A stretch of DNA of 64,000 nt from positions 102,610,001-102,674,000 of the forward strand of contig CM059429.1 of assembly GCA_030390025.1 (NCBI GenBank), given 5' to 3'. The translations under genes were made by a program, and so were the position numbers. This document shows, piece by piece, positions 36,441 to 50,044 of this stretch (the first letter of the stretch is position 1; each line of letters begins with the position of its first letter). This DNA is from Squalus acanthias. Its lineage: Eukaryota. Under the pieces are notes generated by a model. It searched no databases, was not told where the DNA came from, and saw only the letters and a list, made by a program, of their open reading frames with translations.

Positions 36441-39319
36441 TATGGTAACACTGCACACTAGACATTCTACTGCACAGACTGTGTAGCTAGTTGTGATTTT
36501 ACCATTAATGTAAAATACAGAATTAATTACAACTGTACCTGAACACTTTACTGGAATACAAATCTTTCAGCTGCCCATAATTTTGTCATCTCTGTGCCAT
36601 ATAAACTTTATTTGAAGAAAACAATTCCCCCCCGTCCATTCCTACTGGGAACTGAATTGAGAATACCCCAAATAATTTCTCATATGACCCAACCTTACAG
36701 GGGAAACTTTCATTCCATCAGCCTAGACTGGATTTGAACCCAGGTCCTAAAGTTAAAAGGTCAATGTCTAGCCCACTGCATCAATTAGTCTCTCAAAGCA
36801 GTAGTCTTATCAAAGAGTACTTAATCTCGGCAGCTTTCCCGATGGCTCAGTGGGAACGTGGAGTGTTGAGGAGCCAAAGCAACCACAAAGGTCTCAGCTT
36901 CAAGCTTCAAGCCCCGGCAGGACCAGCGGTGAGGGCAATATAATTGGCCTCCGTGTCCCCAGGCTAATGAGGAGAAAAGGAATCAGCACAATAGGCTGTG
37001 TGGCGGTGCTGAGCAGTAACATGATAGCACTTGATTCTACCAAGCAGGGATAGATGCAGCGCTGATCCCACTGCACTCGGTTCCTGAATGAAGCTGTGTC
37101 CAGTGTGGGGGGTGTGAAGCAGAGGCCACCACATCTATCAGCTTGGAGAGAGGGGGGGAAATCAGAGAGAAGATTCATGATTGGAGATCACTGGCAACTC
37201 TTAGCAGTTGCTTGGGAGCAGGTTGTGTTCCTCCAGCCTGGTCACAGGTGTCAGGGCAGATGGGCAAAAGAAAAGGGAATAAAAAAAATTAAAAATTGGA
37301 GGGAAACTTGCTAAAAAAATACCTCCATAAAAATAAATACTGGTGGTCATTTTGTGGCCTCTTCTGAAAAGTGTGTGTGTGTGTGTGAGATATTAGACGA
37401 CGGATGGGAAAAATAATTTGCAAAGTAGGAAGAAAATATTTTAAAAGCAAATGGAACCTGAAAAATGGCACCTGGAAGGTGACGAAAATCAATGAAATGC
37501 TGGGGAGTGGCTGTGAACTACTGTAAAGAACTATAAAAAATCTGAACTACTTTAATAGCGCAATGGGGCAAGGCATCGAATGCGTGCTGCTGGAACTGAG
37601 CCTTACCCGCTGGCAGTGCCAATCAAAGAATTTGGACGGACATTGCCCATGAGCGCTGACTTGGAAATTCGCGGGCAGCGCACGCCCAAATTGGTCAAGG
37701 CTCCCCGACCAGGAGTGCAGTGTCGGAAAATGACTCCTCACATATAACCCGCACAAGATTATTCTGTGACACCACGACACCGTTCAATGTGAACTGCTAT
37801 CACCCTGCAGTGCTTTGCAAACTTTTTTTTTGTTTGTCTATCAAACACTTTTCCAACAAAGACAGTGGCCCCTTTAAATCCTTTGGGGGAACAGATGTAC
37901 AAGATTCCATGAACAATTGTGCCGTGGTTGCAGGATTCCTGTGGACACAATTGACCGTAACAATGAGGTTACAGCACTATGAAGGGAGGGGGAGTTGAAA
38001 GCAGACTTGAAGGGAAATTTTGGCATTGCATTTTTCTTGTTCCCATGGCCTTCTGATCCCTCGCAATAATCCAGGCGCCAGAACTGAACAAATCCCCAGC
38101 TCCTTCCAAGGAATACAGGATCGTACATTTTTAATGTGTCACTGTTTTAAACACTGGGAAACAAAGAACTGAAAATGAAGTTCTACAGTCACTTGGAGCT
38201 TAAGTGGCACATACATCATCAAAATGGGGCAATTTGAAGGGCAGCTTAAACCACAGAGTCTGACTACTCGTCTTTTAGGTATTATCTATCGAGCTGGTTT
38301 ACAACTTCTCAACTATGGATAGGAACATTAAGTACATGGTCTAGCTAGGGTGCCTTTTAAGTCATAAGTAGTCAAACCTATCCAGTATATCAATTTTAAA
38401 CAAATTAAGTTTGAATCAGTGCATTAACGCAGTGTAGAACAATTCTGGGGGGGTCAGGGGGTAGGTAAAAGGAAAGCATGAGATTCAGGATAGTAAAGAC
38501 CTGAACTTGGCGGAATTTTCTCTGCCCTCCTAAGTGCGTTAGGAGCGGAGTCTCCATCTGGAATTGAATGACTGCCTGTAAAGCCCGATGAACAGAACAA
38601 CACTGCAAACAATGTTCTTGATAGGACACACCAGAAAGAAATGGAAATTCTGACAGAAACATTCCCATACATTAAAGCTACAGTAAATGGGTGAGAAATA
38701 AACTGTATAAAATGATTAAGAGGCAGAACATGACAAAGAATGTCTGTTGAGGTACAATTTCACCAACACAGTACGCTGCAGGATTAAGAAACCAGCAGGT
38801 CACACAGAGCCGTATTTTCACTCATCCAAGTGGTTGAACGCTGGTTTTATAAACTCTTTTTTACAATTTATTTCCTTTAGATTGAGTTGTGAAGTTAAAA
38901 CTGCAGCCCAGCTCCCTGAGAAACCAACACAAATCTATCTTGGGTTACCATGGCCCTCAATTTTCCTTTCTTTAGACCAGCCAGGGGGATTTCCAAGACC
39001 ACGGTTACTCAGTCCTGAGGTCAGGGATAACATGTGGGATCTATTGCAGTCCTTCAAGAGAGTTTGTTACATTGGCAAATCAAAGGGAGCTACGTAGGCA
39101 CATCACGTTACTGCTCCAATGTGCAGTATCACAACGTGGGAGGGGCATGGGATTATGCCCGAGACTTCCTCCCAAAGTAAGTTCCCAATCTTTGTTCTGC
39201 CATTGGGAGAGCAGGCAGGAGGTGGGTCTCATGTTCAAGATGAGCTCAGAGAGAGCATGGGACATAAACTAGATAAGGATGCATGTTCAGGGCTAAGGCA
39301 TGGGGGGAACCTTGGAAGA

Positions 39320-39694
39320 AGTTTTTTTTCCTCTCTCTCCCACATGGCAGCTGTCTTTCATTCTGCCAGTGCCATTTACACTTCATCTAGAGCCAGCTTT
39401 TGTTTCTTAACTTATCCCATTACCATCTCTTAATGTCTCTTAATCTCTCCTGCCTTCCATCCTATCATAGACCTTCCCTTTTGTTCTTTCCCCCCCCTTC
39501 CCCCCTTTCCCTGCCCCTGCACTTGCTTAAAAACCTGTTCCATCTCCAGCTTTTTCCAGCTCTGACGAAGGGTCATCGACCTGAAACGTTAACTCTGTTT
39601 CTCTCTCCACAGATGCTGCCTGGACCTGCTGAGCATTTCCAGCATTTTCTGTTTTTATTTCAGATTTCCAGCGTCCGCAGTATTTTGCTTTTGT
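39320..39694 (+). mobile_element. Penelope-like pseudo-LTR with an intact hammerhead core
   Basis: Pyrimidine-rich leader, then CTGACGA-agggtcatcgacct-GAAACGTT-aact, then the shared tail ccacagatgctgcctggacctgctgagcatttccagcattttctgtttttatttcagatttccagc. The 5' boundary is approximate. Confidence 0.75.
39557..39594 (+). ncRNA. Putative minimal type-I hammerhead ribozyme
   Basis: CUGACGA at 39562-39568, stem II GGUC-auc-GACC, GAAA at 39583-39586, palindromic stem III ACGU, GUU triplet ending at 39590, stem I agcu/aacu with one mismatch. Confidence 0.6.
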
Positions 39695-42524
39695 AAGAAG
39701 TTTGGCTCGGTGCGTTCGGGGAAGGGAGGGATGTGGTAGAGGCAGCTGACGTATGGTCTCAATCTTAGTGACAAAGAAGTCCGTGAGCGCCATGCACCAA
39801 GTGGAGGCGATGCGAGTCCTTGCGAAAGTGAGTAAAATGTGGAGGCTGAGTCAGGCCCCAGCTGCTCCTGTATTCCTCTTAGTTGCCAACTTACGACTAG
39901 CACTGGCAGAGGTCATGGCAGCTGCATTTGACGTGACCCACAAAGACATCAAGAAAGGGGGATGGAGGGGGGAATAGAATCATAGAATTGCACAGCACAG
40001 AAGGAGGCCTTTCGGCCCATCATGCCTGCGCCTGCAGCTCTTTGAAGGAGCTATCCAATTAGTCCCACGTCCCTGCTCTTTCCTTGAGCCTTGCAAATTT
40101 TTGCCTTTCAAGTATGAATCCAATTCTCTTTTGAAAGTCACAATTGAATCTGTTTCCACCGCCCTTTCAGACAGTACATTCCAGATCACAACAACTCACT
40201 GCGTAAAAAATGTCTCCTCATCTTACGATCATCCATACATAGGTCATTCAAAATGATTATCCCATAAACACAAGCGCCACTTGTGGTGAAACAGTGGTAC
40301 TTTGGTTCTGTTAAAGGGTTTACGCCTGAAACGCGAACTTGTCTTTTCCGACTGACCCGTTGCGTGTTCCCAGCATTTTCTGTTCTTGTAGAATTCCATC
40401 ATTTGCCATTGTTTTTCATCTTATTGTTACTGGCTCACTTATTCCTTCAGTACTGCTTCCCCTCCCTCCCTCCTTCCTCTATCCGACCCCCCCAAAAACT
40501 CCCAACGCGTCACTTCTCGAGTTGCTGGGCCCCAAACTCAGGTAAGAAATTTAAGCTAAAATTTGCAATGTTCATTGAAAATTTGCCACCAAAGATTCAA
40601 AAGGAGAGTGCAAGTTCCAGGCAAGCAGAACTTAATTTCCATCAAAATCGATAAACAACAAGGAATAATGGGCTATTAATGGACTAAGGATATTTAGAAG
40701 TACGTGTTAATGTACAAGCTGAATTTGGAATATCAACATTCTGAATGAAAAATTCAGTACAGGCTTCATACGTAACTGTGCTTTTACAGCGTTCAGGGAA
40801 CTCTCACAAGCCGCCATCCAACACATCTCAAACATTTCCATACATTTGGCTTTCAATGGCCATTTTGTTCAGAAGTGTCACTGTGCTCTTTTGTAAAGTG
40901 CTGCAGACTGAAAACATTTTTTTGTCTCCCGACCTGCGAAGAAGTGTTCCCATGGAAACGCGGTTACTAACGAGCCAGTGATTCGCCTGGACCTGGCCAC
41001 ACAGCGGAGCATTTGTTGGCGGCGAGCTTAATGCATTCACAGGAGGAGGGTGGGCAACGACAAAACAAAAAGAAACCCCAACAAGGGTCATGATTATTCT
41101 TGTGGCAGTGAGTGCTATTTAAATACAGAGATATAGTCTGGAGTATCCTGAGAGAGAAAGTAAGACAGAGCGAGGGCAGGGCAGGGACTCAAAACACTTT
41201 TCACCCGTGACACAAATTTGCTATCAAAATTCTTAGGACGAGGAAGGATATTTGATGAAGTGGGCTATTCAGAGGCACCAAATGGAGCACACAATCTTTT
41301 CTAGTCCTGATCATTCCTACGATCCTCCGTTAAGAAGGGGAGAGAAAAAAACACATTCTGGCAGGATCTACTGCTCCTACACACCAGTTTCAGGATAACT
41401 TCTCCTGGCAGTAATAGCCAAGACGGCCTTCATTCTAGCAACAGTCTGTTGATTTTCTCGTTTGAATGGCTAATACTTCAGCCCTGGCAAAATAGATTAA
41501 AGATGATGGAGAAGAAGCTATGTTCACGCTATTATTCTTCCTACACTGCAAAGAAGGATTAGTTTAGGTGCAAGGCTGGGAAGGAGGTTGATAATTTCCA
41601 CAGCTTCCGATGAACTGTTCGGTTTCATTTGTCATGGTTTAAAAATTATTTTCTTAACTGACCCCCCTCTGCTAATTTCCCCATCCTACACGCCACAACT
41701 TAGTCAAGTGGGTTGAAATCTTGTATCCAGAAAATAGTGCAAGAAAATAAGAAAACCCTCCCTAAACCTCTCTACCTCTCTTTGCTCCTTTCAGTCGCTC
41801 CTTAAAACCTACCTTTTTGACCAAGCTTTTGGTCACCTGTCCTAATAACTCCTTATGTGGCTCAGTGTCAAATTTTGTGATAATCGCTCCTGTGGAGGTT
41901 TTACTACATTAAAAGGTGCTATATAAATGCAAGTTGTTGTTGTTGCAACCAGGCGTTATCCGAGGGTCACGCTGTAACCATCTACAAGGAGCTGCATAAA
42001 AGCTGCCCGCAGTGACTTGTATGGGAAAGTGTCTGAGCTCCAATTCCCGCCACCTCTCATGACATCGTGAACTCAATATATGAAGAACCAAGCCTTGCCG
42101 TTCCATGAGACAGTCTACTGGAATACTGACAGGCTATGTCAGCACGCTGCCTTTCTCCTTATCCTTGTAGAAACAACAGGTAGGTGGCGCTCAGAAGGCC
42201 TTCCAGGGACATGCCCCACATGGACATTACCTCTATATGTTCCCATCTAGTAAAATAAATAAATCCAACATTTTATCCCTTCTCTATATTCTTTTCCCTT
42301 GGCTGCCAATTTGCTTTTACAGAGTCATTTCCCCCAGAAATCCGCTATTTGTCCCACAATGCAATCGATGAGAGAGAAGTTGTCCCTAAAGAGATGCCCC
42401 CATTAAAAGCAGGAATGGAAAATTATGTTTTTATATAAATGCTGTAGGTGGACATATATTTCTGTCTCCTCCATATTAAGAGTGGCCAGCTTGTCGACTA
42501 CAAGCTCATTGATTTGAGTGTGTG

Positions 42525-42756
42525 GGCCTCCACCGGGAGCCAGGCCAGGCTGCGGCCTCCGGCCTCCACCGGGAGCCAGGCCAGGCTGCGGCCTCCGGCC
42601 TCCACCAGGAGCCAGGCCAGGCTGCGGCCTCCACCAGGAGCCAGGCCAGGCTGCGGCCTCCACCAGGAGCCAGGCCAGGCTGCGGCCTCCACCAGGAGCC
42701 AGGCCAGGCTGCGGCCTCCACCGGGAGCCAGGCCAGGCTGCGGCCTCCACCGGGAG
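42525..42756. repeat. GC-rich 29-bp minisatellite, about 7.5 units
   Basis: Unit ggcctccacc(a/g)ggagccaggccaggctgc. The first two units carry an extra ggcctcc (36 bp). Confidence 0.95.
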
Positions 42757-43767
42757 TCAGGTCTGACTGAGCAGCCGCCAGGAGGTGTGCCTGTTTGAGG
42801 CTGCTAATGGGGAATCGGGCTGGGTCAGGGCTCTGGAGAGGAATTCGGTCAGGTTGGGCCTGCAAGCAAGGGGTTGGGTCAAGGTGGTCAATTTAATTCG
42901 GGTCTCTGAACAACAGTCAAAATGGAAGAAAACTTCATTACTGCGGTCTACCAGTCTTGCTAACCTGTTCAGTCGTGTGCGCCTTTTTGTTAAGCTTTGC
43001 CCACAGAGGGAGACATTGCATTTATTGCTTCTAACTATTTCAAGCTGCAATATTTAACAGCCAGTTAAATTACATAAAGTCTAAGCTCTTAATTATGTAG
43101 CGTCTCACGCAAACATCGGGACTGCTTAAGCTTGAACAAAGGCCGTGTAGAGAGATATTACAGCCAGAGAGCAGTGTGTTCTTGGCACTCAGCACTTGAT
43201 CCAGCCTTGGCTTCAGAGAAGCACTGTATTGAACTGAATTGCCACATAATCCAAAATGTTACAAAAGGGAAATATCTATACACTCACTGTTCTCTCTCAG
43301 TCATCCCTGTGATATCGCCACACAAAGAATTCCACACAAATTACTGGTCCCAGCAGTTTTGAAGCATAAAACAGATGAATAAGGCACAAACAGAAGACAC
43401 CAGTAAGAGTGCAGCATCTTCCTTTATAACATTTGGGATTACGAACAAGTTGTAATAGGGGTCTGCATTACCACCTTTCCAGTATCCATGGCAACCTTTT
43501 TTTCCCCCACTTCACATGTGGTGAGTGGGTCTGAAGCAGCAATACAAGTTTAAAATGTTATTTTGTGTGCATGTTTGTTAACACGACCACAGTGATTTTT
43601 TTGGTTGTAAGTTAAAGATCAAGAACCTAGTGTTACAGGTTCTTCACCATATCACAGTTGTTTTTTTACTCTCAGTAACGAACATTTTGCATGTAATCCG
43701 GTGCTAACTATTTTCAGTGACTTTGAGAACAACAGCACCAAATCAGTGTTACATCATTATAGAATTA

Positions 43768-44322
43768 AAAAACTTGCATTTGTATAGCACCTTTCACGAC
43801 CGCAGGACATCCCAAAGTGCTTTACAGCCAATTGAGTACTTCTGTTATGTAAGAAATGTGGCAGCAAATTTGCGCACAGCAAGGTCCCACAAACAAACAG
43901 CATGAAATAATGACCAGATAATCTGTATTGGTGATGTTGGTTGAGGGATAGATACTGGCCAGTACACTGAGTAACGCTCCCCTGCTCTTCTTCAAAATAG
44001 TGCCATGGGACCATCCAAAAGATGGCACCTCCAACAGTGCAACTCTCCCTCAGTAGTGCACGGCGAATGCCAGCCTAAATTAAGTGCTCAACAATGTTCC
44101 CCGTCAGCTGCGCATTGTTCTGCGCGGCCCGTTTCTTTTAATGCGCGGTCCCTTTAAATTTCTGCACATGCGCGGTATTTACAATGTAAAAGCCGGTGAG
44201 CAGGCCTGCACGGGACTTTTCCGATTACTGCGCGGCCGCGCATCTTAGTGAGAACATTGGTGATCAAGGACTTGAACCCACAACGTTCTGACTCATTGGC
44301 GAGAGTGCTACCACAGAGCCAC
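43768..44322 (-). mobile_element. Deu-domain SINE interrupted by a hAT MITE
   Basis: Tail aaaacttgcatttgtatagcacc at 43768, Deu core gcagcaaatttgcgcacagcaaggtcccacaaac, head ctgactc...gagagtgctaccacagagcc near 44290-44320. Confidence 0.8.
44092..44259. mobile_element. hAT MITE (CAATGTTCCC family), copy 2
   Basis: gtgctcaa|caatgttcccc ... tgagaacattg|gtgatcaa: 8-bp TSD, 7 of 8 identical. Confidence 0.85.
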
Positions 44323-47300
44323 AGCTAACATGTTTCAGCAAAAGTGGGTGTGTGAAATTTTCATACCACATCCCCTTAAACGGAAAAACAACCAGCAATA
44401 CAATGAGAGATTTTGTCCTTCCAAACAGGGTTGTGTCTGGAATGGGTGTTTTGAGCTGTATCATAGTGAACTGCTGGTCGATTACCGCTGGTGCTAACAA
44501 TTCCAGATCCATATGGCACCTCAAACAACTTGCATGCTGCCTAGTCATTCTTTCATGCAAGGTGGAATGTAGTCACTGGGGTGCACCTCACGCTACATCC
44601 AAATGCTGAACGTGTGTACAGCCATTCAGGTAGAACTCGAACTGGCAGCCGCCCAGCTAACCTGCGCCATCTCAGCTGCAGATTGTAAGAGGATGGAGGC
44701 ACGAGGGATAGCTTGGTAGCTTTGTGCCGTCCGAGCCAGGTAAGTGTTCTTTAACAACTTCTTGCTTGCCCTTCCATCTCATTCACTCAGTAACACGCTG
44801 GCACCTCTGCCCAGCAGCAGCACGAGACTATACCGGCCTTGTTACTGTGGACACAATTTCGTCCCACGTACTCCGTGCTAACGTATATTCCCTTTCTCTT
44901 TGTGCAAGATGATGCATCTCCCAAATGAGAGGAGCAGAAAGCTGGCACCTCACACGAGCACATCAAGCACTTCAGACTCTTCTAGCACCAGAGGGCCAGG
45001 AGGTGATCACCTGGTGAGGCACCAGAACAAGGGAGGAGGAACAAGTGAAGGTGGCAGCAAAGGAGCAGCAACAAGGTGAAAGAAGGGCTTGGGCCAGACA
45101 TGCATCTGCCGAGTAGATCAAAAATAAACAGTTAGCACAGGCCCATAATGACAGATTTAAAGTGAAAGTCCCGTTAGTCACTGATTGATGCAACATTCTT
45201 CCTGGCCTCGTCCATTTCACCTTCTTCCTCCTCTGCGAAGGCTGTGGGCCAACCATTGTGGTCTTCGAACTGACACGTTTCCTCTCTCTGAATAGCAAAA
45301 TTACGCAGAATACAGCAGAGGCTGATAATTTCAGATATCTACTCGAGGCCGTACAGCAGTACCCTACATGATCTACCCAAGCAGAAGCATCTCTACTTCA
45401 CCGTGCCAACTGTACGTGCCACTGGAATTTGGGTGGAGCCTAGCTGTATTTCCTGCCGGCTTCTGTTCTGGGGTTCCCGAGTGGTGTTGGTAGCCAGGGT
45501 TCTGGGGGTAGCCCTGGTCCTTTAGCAGTCTGCCTGCTCCCTGAGATAGTGCTGGCGCAGTGCGCTGCGCAAAATGGAGACGCTGTGGCGGCTGCCAGGG
45601 TATCGCACATTCACCTGCGCCATTCTGCTCCTGTGGCCCAGAGACTACTTGTACATCCGAGGAATGACAGCTTTTCCTATCTATTTATGGCATGGGGCTG
45701 TTGTTAGGGGCCAGGTTGGCTACATGTGCTCCACCAATGAGGCCCTTCACTTTAGGGAAACCTGCCACTTGGTAAGAGTGCTAGGACCTCTTGCGCTGCT
45801 GCCTCCTTTCAATGGGGAAAGTGACACAAGTGATCATCAGCAGACAAGGCTTCTGATACCTACTCGAAGCATTGATGGACCAAAGCCTGATTAATGTGGG
45901 CCATGTCAGCGGTGGTGGTTTGAATGGATTCAGTCACACAAGAGGTTAACAACTATGGCGACCTTCACTGGCCCTGTGCTAGAGCTCAGTCAATGAGACA
46001 ACAACGGCCACAGCCTCCCTTGTGAAGCAGATGATGGGGAAGGCGGGTCTCCTCAGTCCTGCCCAGGTATGAAAATGTAAATGCCTCTTGAGGTGCAAGT
46101 GCCCAAAATCTTTTCCAACTCCAAATGTATACCAGCCACTGGAAGGCCCAATGGAATGTCCACACTGAGCTGTGTGGTTAGAGCTCAGACTGCTGGCAGC
46201 AACAGTGCTGTAGCTACAGGTCTGTACAAAGGACATCCTGTGTCTCAAACATACAGCAGCAGGCAGCAGAAAAAAATAATGGGAAACCAATAATGCAGAA
46301 ATATCAGTCTGAAAAGTCAAATATCCAAGTTGGAAATTGCCCTCAATCTATCAGTGCTGGCTTGAAGAATCCAGGCACTGAAGCAAACAGCATGGAAGAC
46401 CAGAGCCCCCATTTCAACCAACAAGCAGGAACTACACAGCCCATGGAAATTCGGCCCTTTATTATGAAGTAGTATTATCGCAAGTGTTTTTCTTCAGATG
46501 TTCGGTACTTGATCATAAACAGACACAGATTCTCCTGCGGTCGTGGCTGGCGAAGCCTTTTAGTTTCCTTCTGCCTTTTGTTGTAAATCCACGTTTACTT
46601 CAGACAATTATTCCGTCACCACTTCCCCCGCCCGCCTCCACGGCTTGTTCCCACGTTACAAACATCGTCACACAGCTCAGATTTATTTTACAAGACCCCT
46701 GTTTTCATTTCTCATCTTGGGTTTTGAATTTTATCCTCCACAGCTATGTTTGAACAGGATGCTTTAACTAATTCCAATCTAGCAAAATAGCCCAATGCCT
46801 TCAGATTTTTACACAAATACTACACTGTGAATTCTCAACATGATTTTTAAGTACAAATTATGCACAATTGTGCTGTACTGGGTAAGGCAGAGACACAAAT
46901 AGGCCACTGTGAAGTCAATAACATGGGTGATTTGCCATCAACACATAGCTCACAGCTCCCTTCATTGATTCCACGGCATTATTTATCAATGGATTAGCCA
47001 CAAAGACACGAGAATTAATTTTACGACTTCCCACTAGCAGCACAAGGTCAGAAAACTCCCCCCTGTAGTGCACTGGTAACAGTTACACACTTCGCAGGTC
47101 CCAATCATCCTAGATATGTCAACTGCATACAAAGATCAGGGGCTATCTGACTATGCAGGTGGCTTTACAAACCAAGTGATGTATTGCATCTTTCGCCAAT
47201 TTCTCAGTGAATTAACACTCTGTCCTTTCAAGCCTGGTTTTAATCCATGAGATAAAAGTGGCCTTTTGGTCGGCTGGCTGCAAGGGTCCTGGGTGAAAGG

Positions 47301-47779
47301 AGGGCGTGTAGTCTCAACTCAATTTCCACTTGACATAAATCAGCACGAAATTGGTCCTCTTAGAGAGGCCATCAGGCTTATTGACATGGAAAACTGGTAA
47401 ACTGACACCAGGAGGGGCACTCTTGTGAGATTGAAGTATGTTGACACATTGAGTACAGAGCCTGTTATTCTGTGTCAAAACTCTGACACTTGTTATTAAA
47501 TTCAGCTGGTAACAAACTAGAACAGTCTGCAGAGCTTTCAACCCAACCATGTGGTTTGTATGCATCAGCCATTTTAGTCCGCAGCCTGCAGCTGTCAACG
47601 ATTCAATCATTTCCAGGACAGAGGAAGCAGCTAAAGTTCCCCGATTCCGAGACCTGACAGTTGCTCCATTTCACAGTCCAAACCCCTCCCTCCCCATCTC
47701 TCCCCATAGGGTTCCTTCACCACACAAACTGGAGCGGTTCAAGAAGGCGGCCCACCACCACCTGCTCAAGGGCAACTAG

Positions 47780-48140
47780 TAGGGTTGCCAACATTCCAGG
47801 AATTGAAGATTAATCTCCAGGACACCCCAGCGAGCAACCCGGGAGAAAAATCCTTGGTGGGGGGGGGGGGGGGGTAAACAAAATTATGTTTTTTTTCCAT
47901 TTTCTTTGTACACTTTCATTTATTAGTTATAAAAATATTGGAGATGGAAGAAAAAAAGGCTGTTCCATTAACAGTCAAGATTAATCCAATTGGGTAACAA
48001 AGAGTTTGTTCCTTTTCCAATTGGCGTGGGAAGATGGTGTGCCTGGAGGATGGACCAATGGCGGGAGTCTGGGGGCGGAGTAGTTCGAGGTGGGAGATCA
48101 TGTGATGAAACCTCCATGGAATACACCCATGGCAACCCCA
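47780..48140. mobile_element. hAT MITE with TAGGGTTGCCA termini, nested in a LINE 3' end
   Basis: gcaactag|tagggttgcca ... tggcaacccca|gcaacgag: 8-bp TSD (7 of 8). It splits the tail caccacctgctcaagggcaact / agggatgggcaataaat. Confidence 0.8.
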
Positions 48141-48925
48141 GCAACGAGGGATGGGCAATAAATACTGGCCTTGCCAGTGACACGAGCCTCCTTCTGTGCT
48201 GTACTATTCTATGACGCCCACTTCCCCGAGAATGAATTAAAAGACATGTTCCATGTGACTCCTGAGTTTTGCAGTCTAACTCACTCAGACTTGCACATTT
48301 CCAAGCTTTGGTAAAGTGGTGCAGCAACTCTCAGAAGATTACTTCAGTTATTCTTTCCATCTCCCTCTTTGTCTTGCACGCTCTCTCTCACACCTCTCAT
48401 TATCGTCTGCATTACTCAATCTTCAGGGCACTTTAGTGGAGTCACATCTGTACAGATTTGCATTCTACATTTCAATCTCAGAAGAGTACTGTTCAATGCT
48501 GGCCTCAGTTTTACCAACTGTAAAATGTACCACTGAAATAATATGAAGAACGTATGATTAGCACAACATAATTACAGAGCCTCAAGTGGCAATTGAGTAC
48601 TTCAAATATTAGCATTGGTCAAGAAATGACTGACAGTAAACACTTTAGTGTGTTATATTTATTCCAATGCAATGATAACTTTGCAAATTCCATCCCACGT
48701 ATTAAATTCATGTTGGCCAAAAAAGGAGAGAAACAGTGAACTTATAGTGAAAGTGGTCACCTAAAAATATAGAATGCAAATCTGTACAGATGTGACTCCA
48801 CTAAAGTGCCCTGAAGATGGAGTAATGCAGACGATAATGAGAGGTGAGAGAGAGAGCGTGCAAGACAGAAAGAGGGAAATGGAAAGAATGAGAGAGGAAA
48901 ACACAGTCCCAGGATCAGACCGAAA

Positions 48926-49090
48926 GGGTAATTTTCACCTTCACTGCATGGGCGGTAATCTGGCGGAGTGGATCGCCCGCCCTTATTTAACCCGCCTGAT
49001 TTTTAAAATCGATGAAAAATGGACGGGTTCGATAAGTGGCCATCTGCTCTGCCAGATTACCACCCACGTGGTGAAGGTGAAAATAACCCC
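48926..49090. mobile_element. Palindromic MITE
   Basis: gggtaattttcaccttcactgcatgggcggtaatctggcggag ... ctctgccagattaccacccacgtggtgaaggtgaaaataacccc: long imperfect inverted arms. Confidence 0.75.
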
Positions 49091-50044
49091 ACCGATGGAG
49101 CGAGCCTTTGGTTTGGTGCTAACATTCCTGCCTCCGAGTCAGAAGATGCTGGGTTTTAACCCCGCTTCAGACCGCCCCGGCGCGGAGGCCGCAGCACCGG
49201 CTCGGAGTTCTGGGCTGATATACAGCGGGATATGTGCGGGTGGACTCCCCTCGTCATATGAGGTTGTGGGTCGCCCCATCGACTGGGATAAAGATAGTTT
49301 GATTTAGGAGAGTCAGCCCTGTCCCTATTTTCTACTGACCCACAATTCTGCGATCTGCTGCCTTCCTGACCTTATTTCATGACCCAAGATTTGATGTAAA
49401 ATTAATGTTAAATTATTTAAATTACCAGACACAATTTTACAGCCTGTATGTCAAATTTGTGACTATTCCTTTGTGCGCCATTTGGAATGGGAGCAAGGGA
49501 AGCTCCATGGGTGAAGGGGCTCTTAATGGGCCACACGTGCTTTTATGTTGCAATATTCACAGTTCCCTTTAGCACTGTGCTGTTTTTATTAGATCTGTTT
49601 TTATCCAGATTTCAGTTTTCTAATTCAAAATACCGATCTTGGAAAGAATTTTATTTTGGGGGGGGCGGGGGGGATTTTTATTTACTTACTATAATGTTTG
49701 TTTTTAAAGGCACCAAATACAGTATTTCATTGTTAAAGTGGTATACGTGCTCAAACCTTCGCATGGGGCTTGCATGCCAAATTGGTGCTCTCAGGACAAC
49801 GGTTCTCACAAAAAGATGGCCAGCATCGTTTGTTAATTGACGGGATCTTTCTCTGCTGTACCAGCCGTTAGGTAAGAGTGCCAATTCAAACTGGAAATCC
49901 AAAGTGGTCTGAATATTATCAGTTTGAGTCTATTGTAATTCACAACCACCCAAAGACCCAATTCTGACCATTTTGTTTTATCATCTTTAAGGGAAAAAAA
50001 ATGGAGTTTGCATGTCTCGGTGATATCTTTCCTTTAGATTTGTG

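Noticed and set aside
40700-40769. ATG AAG CCT (MKP) resembling the start of a tetrapod GPM6B isoform
   Set aside because: It continues VLNFSFRMLIFQIQLVH* with no similarity and no convincing phase-1 donor.
42403-42865. Overlapping repetitive ORFs or a CRISPR-like array
   Set aside because: It is a head-to-tail 29-bp tandem repeat without unique spacers, in a vertebrate intron with no cas genes. The same applies to the other arrays.
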